Below, piece after piece: positions 22,301 to 31,884 of a stretch of 43,904 nt of DNA. Both the position numbers and the translations under genes were made by a program. Numbering within the stretch: position 1 is the first letter of the stretch; the number at the start of each line of letters is the position of its first letter. Source of the DNA: Chrysochromulina tobinii (taxonomy: Eukaryota); the NCBI GenBank assembly GCA_001275005.1, contig JWZX01003311.1, positions 1 through 43,904 of the forward strand. The letters are read 5' to 3'. The notes beneath the pieces are model-generated. The model saw only the letters and a list, made by a program, of their open reading frames with translations, searched no databases and had not been told where the DNA came from.

Positions 22301-24692
22301 GCAGACTGCCAGCCTCGCTTCTGGCCGTGCCGCCATGCGTGGCGCCGACATCTGCGCCCAAGTCTCACAATCCAGGCAGTACGGCCTCTTGCGGCACTCG
22401 CCGTGTGGGATTAGCTCGCTGCCCGAGTACACGAAGTCGGTGTCGAAGTGGACGCCATCGCGCGAGGTCGCGAGGTAGGTACGCATCACATCGTACGCGT
22501 AGGGTGGTCTCTCCTCCCTCGGGTTCATCAGCTTGGGCCACTCGAGTACGTTCAGCACGCCCACGTACAGCTTCTCCGTGGCCATCGGGGTCACCTGATG
22601 AAGGATGCAATCGGGGCGTCATCAGGGCGTCATGAGGGCGTCATGAGGGCATCATCAGGGCGTGGCCATCGGGGTCACCTGCAGAGAGTAAACTTGCCGT
22701 CGCAGGTGCTCGGCTTTGCCTTCCTTGTCAAAGATCCACCGAACGTCCTCCCGCAGACCGTTGACGAAATCCGCCGCCCGATGGAGCGACGCAATTGACG
22801 AGACCCGCACCCCACGCACCTCGCGCCACCAGTTCGGGTTTGGGTTTGGCGTGCCCGCCACGCCCGGCGGTACGGCCGCTGCCCACCGGTTGACGATGCG
22901 GTGAGCTCCCGTGACGAGATCGCGGTAGATGGCGTTGGCCGTGTCGCTGCCTGATGAGTGAGGCAATCAGGCGCTCTCAGGCGCGCTCAGGCGCACTCAG
23001 ACGCACTCAGTGGCACACGCACCTAATCGGAGGGGCTCCGGCCCACTTGCATGCTGATGACAGGCGCACTCAGTCGCAATCAGTGGCACACGCACCTAAT
23101 CGGAGGGGCTCCGGCCCACTTGCATGCTGATGACCCAGGTCGTACTGGATGCGCCATCTCGAGCAGAATGAGCACTCGGTCAGAGGGCATCGATGCCAAT
23201 CAGACCCAATCAGAGCCATTCAGAGCCATTCAGAGCCATCAGACCCAATCAGCCATCGGACCTGGCGCCAGGTAAGTCCATCGGCCGAGTAGCCCAAGCA
23301 CGTGCTCTCCCAAGTATAGGTGCGCTCGCCGTTGAAGAGTGGAGCGGCGACCCAAAGCTGACGTGGCGGCGGCGCACCACGCTTGTACCTGTGGGGAGAG
23401 GGCACGCGGTGGTGAGCACTTGCATGCGACCCAAAGCTGACGTGGCGGCGGCGCACCACGCTTGTACCTGGTGAGAGTTTCAATCCGCATTCAATCAGAC
23501 CTCTCAGAGAGGCCATCAGCGGCCATCAGAGAGGTCATCAGAGAGAGGCCATCAGGGAGGTCATTGGAGGTCATCAGCGGACCATCAGAGGCCATCAGAG
23601 GCCATCAGAGGCCATCAGAGGCCATCAGAGGCCATCAGAGGGTCGTCAGCGGTCATCCACGTACAGCCAAAAGGGCGGCCACGGGGTGTGCCCGAGCCTA
23701 TCGCAAGTGAACGCGGCCTTGTAACGCTCGTCAGGAGGCGCCTGCTCATCCCGCATGACGGTGAGCGTATCCTGAGCGAGCTCGCGCAGCTGCGTCATCA
23801 GCCCTGTCATCTCACCCCAGGGGTACTGGGACGCGTACGGCGGAGACGGAGGCGCTGGTGGCTGACGCCACGTCCTGGATGCTGCCGCGGCTGCGGCGGC
23901 GGCGGCGGCAGCGGCGGCAGCAGCCCTTTCAGTACGCACCCAAGCCGCGCGAATGAGAGAAGCGTTGGCTTCCGGCGCCCACAGGAGAGGGCGCGGCGGC
24001 GAAAAGTCGAGTCCGTCGGACGACTCCGAGTACAGCGTGCGCGACTGCCCAAGCCACGCTCGGAACTTGCCATTCTCCTTGAGCACGGTCCCAGGCATGC
24101 CGAAGCCTTCGCGTGGCACCGGATGAGCCATGCGTCCAACCTCGGGCTGTGAACGATGAGCCATGCGTCCGACCTCGGGCTGTGAACGGCGATCGCTCGA
24201 GCTGGGCGCGCTGGTGTTGGTGGTGGTGTTGGTGGTGCGCTGGCGCGCTCCGCGCTGCTTGAGCTCCATGCGAAAGCTCGCTCGCGCCTTGCGCGGGCGC
24301 TCGAGCTCGAGCACCACTCCCGGTGCCCACCAGTCGAGAACCGCCTCATCCATGAGCACGTGCGGCGCGCCCGATCGCAGCTCGAGCTCGTGCGAGCGCG
24401 CCGCAGAGCGCGCTGCCTCTTGGTTGATGCACAGGGTGCAATTGGCCATGTGCGACACATCCGGCTCGTACAACATCGGCTGGGGCTTGAGCGCGGCCAT
24501 CTTGCGTGGATCTCGTAGAGGTACCGCGCCGGCCAGCAGCGCCTCGCGAAAGGTCGAGTCGCGCAGCCGTTGCGCGGCGGTTGGCTGCGGATGGCGGATC
24601 AGCGCTACAGGCGTGCGATGGCAGGGTGGGAGCGCGCTCGAGATCGTACGCAGCTCGTCCTGGAAGGTCTTGCTGGCGAGGAGTGCCGACAT
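16346..24692 (-). CDS. Large 15-exon protein (~2037 aa) with an N-terminal glycoside-hydrolase-like beta-propeller region; remainder unknown
   Basis: Exons 24692-23665, 23388-23262, 23144-23096, 22950-22679, 22594-22195, 22126-22078, 22003-21706, 21493-20504, 20273-20045, 19932-19116, 18905-18866, 18783-18003, 17718-17468, 17365-17123 and 16885-16346 join in consistent phase (6114 nt). Asp-box-like repeats SSDGLDF, SADGLTW and SRDGVHF, plus HLLYYEG...IGLAVW, resemble beta-propeller glycosidase-like proteins. It could be more than one gene. Confidence 0.65.
16886..17122 (-). repeat. Repeat-built intron (CTGATTGCCT/GCATGCATC-type arrays) containing a second copy of the exon end and donor
   Basis: CAG|GTGGGA...CCCATCAG boundaries. 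GCCTCGCATGCATCCTGGGCCATCAGGTGGGAATGCCTC recurs inside the intron. Removal joins ILGHQ|TVVLAASS in frame. Confidence 0.7.
17366..17467 (-). repeat. Family A repeat intron with a 15-bp GCGCGTGGTTGCAT-type array
   Basis: GAG|GTGCGC...GATTGCATCCCTCATCAG|GTGCTC. Removal joins AAVDE|VLAAF in frame. Confidence 0.75.
17719..18002 (-). repeat. Family A repeat intron with GC donor and three cassette units
   Basis: G|GCGAGC donor, CTCTGATGRC arrays and CTCCCTCATCAG acceptor. The junction sequence CACTGTCCTCGGCGAGCGCCCT is repeated twice inside the intron. Confidence 0.7.
18784..18865 (-). repeat. Family B cassette intron
   Basis: Contains GCATGCAAGTGCTCACCACGGCGCCC...TCCCCACAG. It is preceded by a copy of AGCCCCTGCCCCCAACTTCCCCACAGGCCCGCC from the downstream exon. 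Confidence 0.65.
18906..19115 (-). repeat. Double Family A intron (internal acceptor at 18973)
   Basis: Two successive GATTGCCTCCCTCATCAG ends, each followed by GTAYGCCTGCGACACGGCCG. Confidence 0.75.
19933..20044 (-). repeat. Family A-like repeat intron
   Basis: Donor side CAG|GTTCGATCTGGTG versus downstream exon CAG|GTCCGATCTGCTG. Degenerate CTGATGGCCT units. Confidence 0.7.
20274..20503 (-). repeat. Intron made of an 11-bp CTGATGACCTG array
   Basis: About a dozen tandem units. The acceptor end TGCCAAGCAG duplicates the end of the upstream exon. Removal joins CPAKQ|PAGCAYP. Confidence 0.7.
21494..21705 (-). repeat. Composite intron: decamer array (CTCTGCTTGM) plus Family B 3' cassette
   Basis: GAG|GTGCTG...GCATGCATGTGCTCACCACGGCGCTCTCACCCCACAG|GTGCTC. 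Confidence 0.72.
22004..22077 (-). repeat. Family B cassette intron with 29-bp flanking duplication
   Basis: GATCGCCATCGGCGCCTTTCGCGTGTACC occurs at 21976-22004 and 22050-22078, either side of the cassette. Confidence 0.8.
22127..22194 (-). repeat. Family A repeat intron
   Basis: G|GTGAGC, (TCTGATGACC)n, then CTCTCATCAG|GTGAGC. Confidence 0.8.
22595..22678 (-). repeat. Family A repeat intron with 21-bp exact flanking duplication
   Basis: CGTGGCCATCGGGGTCACCTG at 22577-22597 and 22661-22681. Confidence 0.8.
22951..23261 (-). repeat. Two repeat-type introns (22951-23095 and 23145-23261) around a 49-bp exon
   Basis: CTGA-containing decamer arrays and a GATTGCCTCACTCATCAG acceptor. The exon YDLGHQHASGPEPLRL restores the phase. 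Confidence 0.6.
23389..23664 (-). repeat. Family A array intron extended by a Family B cassette with a 45-bp duplication
   Basis: 45-bp direct repeat at 23347-23391 and 23426-23470 around a 34-bp Family B insert. An older acceptor CTCACCAG ends at 23468. Confidence 0.75.
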
Positions 24693-24763
24693 GTTCGGGT
24701 TTTGAAGTTGCGAGAAAAGGCACGAAATAGAATTCGGACGGCAAGATTTCCTTGGCGACCAAC

Positions 24764-25605
24764 ATGCCGCTCCTCGTGCCCAGTGCACGCCACAATTGCC
24801 GAGCGCCTTACGTACCCTCCTTCGTTCGCGCCAATGACTGGAAAGTCGCGCCGCCGCGCTCCGTCACGACCGCGCGCCCTCGCCTCTGCACGCCGAGCGA
24901 CCCAGCATCCGACACGCGAGAGCCCACTGCTCTGGTCTCACTCCCACCGTTCTGATCCTTCTCCCAATGCATTGCAGATCAGCCCTTCAAGGTCCCACGG
25001 ATGGATGCCAGCACGCTGCTCAAAGTCAAGCTGTGCGTGCCCGTTGTCGCACTCTCCTTGCCACTGCGGGCGCCCACCGTCACCCACTCGCCTCCCCATC
25101 CCTTTTCGCTCGCGCACGCAGGCTGAGCGAGTTTGCCACCATCCCGGTGCGCGCCACCGCGCGCTCCGCCGGCTACGACCTCTCCGCGGCGCACGACTGC
25201 ATCATCCCCGCTTGCGGCAAGGCCATTGTGAAGACGGATCTGTCGATCGCGTGCCCCGAGGGCACGTACGGGCGCATCGCGCCCCGCTCGGGCCTCGCGG
25301 TCAAGAATTTCATCGATACGGGTGCAGGCGTCATCGACGCCGACTACCGCGGCCCAGTGGGCGTCGTCCTCTTCAATCACGCCAAGGAGGATTTTGCAGT
25401 GAAGCGCGGCGACCGGATCGCGCAGCTGGTGCTCGAGCGGATCGTGACACCCGACGTGGTGGTCTGTGACGACCTGGACGACTCCGAGCGCGGCGCTGGC
25501 GGCTTCGGATCGACGGGCGTCGCTGCGTTGCCCAAGCCGGAGACACCAATTCCCTTGGAGAATGAGCCGGCCAAGTTTGAGACGCCTGCGACGCAGATCC
25601 AGTGA
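24764..25605 (+). CDS. DUT: dUTP diphosphatase (trimeric dUTPase); intron 25033-25121, possible first intron 24783-24977 (alternative start ATG 25001)
   Basis: All five dUTPase motifs: [29 protein letters not shown] and [10 protein letters not shown]. Splicing gives [19 protein letters not shown]. The 5'-most exon is less certain. Confidence 0.93.
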
Positions 25606-26635
25606 GGACTCTAGGAGCGGCGAGGAAGAGGCCGCGCCGCCGCGATGTGCATGTGCACGTGCATCCGAGCTGCTCTCGTCTTGCGTGTGCGTGCGGCCAG
25701 CGCGCGCGCGCTAGAGGGCGAGCGAGCGGAGCAAGACCAAAGTGGCCGCGGCGCGTGTCTGGAGCGGGGAGCACAACGTTGATTACTGCTGATGTAACAG
25801 CCAGTGACTGAAAAAGTGGCGGACAGCAGCGTTCTATACGACTCGTCCCCCCGCACACACAATCAGAGCGCTAGTCCAGTAGTCCTAGAGTGAGGCGGGC
25901 CACGCGCCTGTGGCGGGCATCATGCTGGCGGGTTACTGGCGGGACCGTAAGCGTCTAAGGCGGAAGCCGGAACGGCTCGGGGGGGGCGGCTGCGGGCCGG
26001 GGCCGCCCGCACCCCTGGAGCATGCACCTGGACAGCCGGCAGACCCGTGCACAGTCCGGAGCTCGGTCGTCGCACGTCGGTTCCGCGACCGCCGCGGCAG
26101 TGAACCAGTGTTAAGAACCGTGAAAGTCGTCTACGTACCGGCGCGGTCGAGGGACGGTCGTGCAAATAATTTTAATACACGTCGTCCTACGTATTTTTTT
26201 TGGCTCGAAACCCCCCGTCGATCTTCTTCACCTGTGGTCTCTGTCGCCGCGCGCTGTGGTCTGTCGGCAGTCTGTGACTGTATAATAACGAACTCTGTGT
26301 CTCTCCCGCGACCTTCAGTGACCGAGACAGTGCTCTGTTAGCTGTCTCGCTCGTGACAGATCTCGCCAGGATCTCCTGATCGCCCGCCTGAGACGCGAGT
26401 GCGATGTGCCGCCCTTGATCCGCCCCCACGCCCCTCGGCTGTGGACTCTGTACAGCGAGGAGACCAAGCGCCGTGCCGGGCGCGATCGGCGAGGAGACCA
26501 ACTTCGAGAAGACGCACTCGCCTCCGCGCCTCTGGCGGCTGCGTGGCGAATGCCGGCCACGGCGCCATTGACGAAGCCTCCACGCCCGCCACGGCGCCAT
26601 TGACGAAGCCTCCACGCCTCTGCGGCCGACTGGCC

Positions 26636-27956
<1,321 letters not shown>

Positions 27957-28562
27957 TGGCGTCCGGCTTCGCGGGCACGCACACTCGCTGCGCCGCGTCC
28001 TCTTTTCATGCCGACCTTTCTTGTGAGTTTCATGCGGCACGTTCGATCATGAGCGATGAAACGAAACACGCCACGTACGTGCGTGCTCGCGCTCATGGGG
28101 CCGCTAGTGCGGTCCCGTTTTCAAAACATTCCACAAACACATGTTGCAGACCGTTTACTACCTTCCAAAGTTTACTTGTATACGATGTCATGACCGTGCG
28201 CTTGGAATAGGAGCGGGTCCCTGAACTCGGAAAGAGCACATCGAGCCTTCGAGGTCCACCCTGCCCTACCGTTGTCGTCGAGTTGAGAAAATGAGAAAAG
28301 TGACGTGGCTGTCCGCCACGTCACTCTCCGACTGCCGTACACGTCATCGGTGCGAAGCGATGCAGGCAGCCCCATTTGCGTTGCCTCCGACCCCCCCGGG
28401 GTGGCACGAAGGGGCCTCGCCGGCCGCGCACGCACCCTCGAAAGGCCCTTCGTCGAGCCTGCTAACCGCGTGTCCGCCGCGCGCGTCTGCCGCGCGCCCC
28501 TTCCCGCACGCCGTCGCGCGCGCTCACCCGCATCTCTCCATCCACTCGCATCAGGCTTCAGG

Positions 28563-30058
28563 ATGCAGATTCTCTCGGTGCTTGCGCTGCTGCTTGCGGC
28601 CGTCACGGCCGAGGTCTACTTCGAGGAGAACTTCAGCGGCGACTGGGAGTCGCGCTGGCAGGCGGGCACGCCTCCCGGCAAGGAGATGGGCAAGTTTGCG
28701 GTCACGAGCGGCAAGTGGTTCGTGGATGAGGAGGCGGAGAAGGGCCTCACGTGCACGGAGGACATGCGCTTCTACTCGATCACGAGCAAGATGCCCAAGA
28801 TGGCCTCGTCCAAGGGCAAGCCCCTCGTCGTCCAGTTCTCCGCCAAGGTGCAGAACCACCAGTACGCGTACTGCGGCGGCGGCTACATCAAGCTTCTGCC
28901 CGACAAGGCCGACTACTCCAAGTTCAGCGGCGACGACGAGTACAACGTCATGTTCGGCCCCGACCTGTGCGGGTACGTGGCCGCATGCGCTCGCGCACGC
29001 GCGCCTCGAAGACGTGCCCGGGGTGGAGGAGTGAGGAGGGCCCGACCGTGCTTGCAAGCACGCCGTGCCCCGTCTTGTCCCCTCGTCGCCGCCCTCTTCG
29101 GTCCTTCGGCGGCCCCCCCCTCCCGCTCGTCTTGCGCCGCTCGCTCACCCGCGCCTGTCGCCTGCGCCTCCGGTGCCTCTCGCGTGCGCAGCTACGATGT
29201 GTCGCACATCCACGCCATCTTCAACCACAAGGGGAAGAACCTGCTGAAGTCCGAGAAGGTAAGCCTCGAGTTCTCGAGATGACTGATTGCCACTTCTTGC
29301 CACTGATGACCTCTGATTTGCCACTGATGACCTCTGATTGCCTCCCTCATCAGGTGAGCCTCGAGTACTCGGACAAGAACGAGTACACCCACCTGTACAC
29401 GTTCAGCTTCAAGCCAGACGGCACGTACGAAATCTTCTTCGACCAGAAGTCGAAAGCCTCGGGCAAGATTGTGGAGGACTGGCCGCTGCCCAAGCCCACG
29501 ATTGACGATCCGGAGGACAAGAAGCCTTCCGACTGGGTGGATGAGCCCGAGATGAACGACCCCGAGGCGAAGAAGCCCGACGGGTACGACGACATCCCGG
29601 CGCAGATCCCCGACCCCGACGCGACCAAGCCTGCGGACTGGGACGACGAGGACGATGGAGAGTGGGAGCCCCCCTTGATCGACAACCCGGAGTTCAAGGG
29701 CGAGTGGATTGCCCCCAAGGTCGCGAACCCGGCGTACAAGGGCGAGTGGAAGCCCAAGCAGATCGCGAACAAGGACTACGAGGAGGGCGTGCAGCTGGCC
29801 GCGTATGACTCGACCCACGTTGGCTTCGAGCTCTGGATCGTCAACAACGGCACCATCTTCGACAACATCCTCGTTACAGACGACCTCGACTACGCGATCG
29901 CGCAGGGCACGAAGCTGTGGAAGCCAACGGCCGATGCCGAGAAGGAGAAGAAGGAGGCTTGGGACAAGGCAAACAAGCCGGCCGAGGACGCCCCTGCGGG
30001 CGACGATGATGAGCCGCCGCCCGAGGGCGAGGACGAGGAGGAGAAGGACGAGCTGTAA
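28563..30058 (+). CDS. CALR: Calreticulin (introns 28973-29191 and 29259-29353)
   Basis: Signal peptide, EVYFEENF, CGGGYIKL, MFGPDLCG, P-domain repeats (IDDPEDKKPSDW, GEWKPKQI) and an acidic tail ending KDEL. Confidence 0.96.
29259..29353 (+). repeat. Family A repeat intron inside calreticulin
   Basis: AAG|GTAAGCCTCGAGTTCTCG...CTGATGACCTCTGATTGCCTCCCTCATCAG|GTGAGCCTCGAGTACTCG. Confidence 0.85.
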
Positions 30059-30623
30059 GCGCGCATGCATTGACGAACCCGTGGGCGATTCACGAGCCCG
30101 TGCGAGCGAGGGCAGGGGCAGATACTCGAAAGGGGGAGGATCCTCTCTCAATCGCTCGGGTCGCTCGGGGCGCTCGGGCCGGGCTTTAGGTGAGGTGTGC
30201 GGCCCGTGGGCTGCCGCGCAGTCGGTGTAGATGGCGCCCGGCGAGCGGCGCGCGCGAGGCGCGAGATCACAGTGGGGGGGCGGGGGGCGTGCGTCCGACG
30301 TGGTACGTGCGGAGAGTCTCTGATGGAACTGATGCTGTCTCGTGGAGTGTGTGTGGTGCCGGTGAATCAGCTATGGCCCTATGGCGGTGTGGCTATGCTT
30401 TATGTGTGATCTTGTCATCAAACATCTCCGTCTTCGACATGGTCACTTCGACTCATGCTCATCGTTCGGCTAACATCGTTCATCCGACATTGTTCCGAAT
30501 TGCTTGTTCCCCAGACCTGACACGGCTCACGACGTTTTGGGGCGGAAACGCAGTAATCGTTCTTTATGCAAAGGCAGCGAATCGGCGTTCGGTCAGTTCG
30601 AGGAGCGTTCGTAGTTTTGATAC

Positions 30624-31403
30624 ATGTACGCTACGGGAAAGCCGAGCGGCGCGATGGGGCTTGTTCTGAAAAATCTCCCGCAATTAATGTCGTGTATTAT
30701 GTTGGGCCAACAAGTCCGGTCCCGGTCCCTAGCGCCACCATGCCGCGCAACCATCATCGCGTGCGATGCTAACTCTCCCGTGATAGAGCCTTCCGCTTCC
30801 GTCGAGGAGATGCAACGCTGGGCCAATTTTGAGGAGCAATTTGATGTGCGGTCGCTCGCCGGTGTCTCCGCACCTCTCGGATTCTGGGATCCTGCCGGAT
30901 TCAGTACGTCTGCGTCACAGGGACGGGTCCGATTCTATAGGGAGGTCGAAATCAAGCACGGCCGAGTCGCAATGCTCGCTGCCGTCGGCTTTCCTCTTGC
31001 GGAGCAATTTCATCCGCTCTTTGGCGGCAATATCGACTTGCCTTCTTACATCGCCTTCCAGCAGACGCCGCTGCAAACGTTCTGGCCCCTGGTGCTCGCG
31101 GCAGTGTCGGCCTTTGAGGTGCGAAGCATCTCATCTTTCGACTCACCCATCTCTGCGAAAGGCTTCTACGCGTTACTCGCGGATGACCAAGCGCCACCAC
31201 TCCAAGTCGAGCAGTCCCCGTTCACGATCAAGGCTGACCACATCCCAGGCGACCTGGGCTTCGATCCGCTCGGCCTTCAGCCCCAAAGTAAGACGGAGCT
31301 GTTGGCCATGCAGACCAAAGAGCTGAACAATGGCCGATTGGCGATGATCGCGATGACTGGAATGGTCGTGCAAGAGCTCGTGACGGGGGCCAAGCTTTTC
31401 TGA
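30624..31403 (+). CDS. Chlorophyll a/c light-harvesting protein, Lhcx/LI818-like (start uncertain: 30624, 30654 or 30687)
   Basis: Motifs LGFWDPAG, REVEIKHGRVAMLA, HPLFGGNIDLPSYIAFQQTPLQTFW, PGDLGFDPLG and KELNNGRLAM. Confidence 0.92.
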   Translation: MYATGKPSGAMGLVLKNLPQLMSCIMLGQQVRSRSLAPPCRATIIACDANSPVIEPSASVEEMQRWANFEEQFDVRSLAGVSAPLGFWDPAGFSTSASQGRVRFYREVEIKHGRVAMLAAVGFPLAEQFHPLFGGNIDLPSYIAFQQTPLQTFWPLVLAAVSAFEVRSISSFDSPISAKGFYALLADDQAPPLQVEQSPFTIKADHIPGDLGFDPLGLQPQSKTELLAMQTKELNNGRLAMIAMTGMVVQELVTGAKLF

Positions 31404-31884
31404 GCCAGTCGACACTAGATTATGGGTGATACTTTGGCCGTTTGTTCCGATAAGCCGGCGCGCCCACTAGCACAGCTGGATACTGGTGTGGCGTCACACT
31501 GTATATATTGGGATAACGACGCCCCCTAGCACAGCTGTATACGATAGCGCTGTGTCGTGTGGCGTCTTTTAGACTTTTGAGTTTTGTAGCGTTGTACGTC
31601 GACCTTGCGCGCCCCTCCTCTACTTCGTATACATACGAAAATCGACTCGTCTGCGCTCCGAGTATTTACCTAACGCCTTGATCGTGCTGCGTGTGGAAGC
31701 GTGTGATCAGTGATGAGCTACTCGCTACTACAAGCGTGTGCGTGCCAGAGCAAAGATATCAAACACAAACATATCAAACACAAACTTTAGCCGCGTCCCG
31801 GTGGGACGGACGGTCGCTTCGTGCCTTTGAATTCGATCGGATGTCCGTCGTCCCGACCACGCACCGTCCACCGATCCCCCGGTG

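Noticed and set aside
24764..25605. dUTPase as a marker of an integrated virus or retroelement
   Set aside because: It has ordinary spliceosomal intron(s) and sits among housekeeping genes, with no viral hallmark genes nearby.
26557..26618. ~30-bp tandem duplication downstream of the PP1 stop codon
   Set aside because: A simple 3' UTR duplication with no cassette or splice signal.
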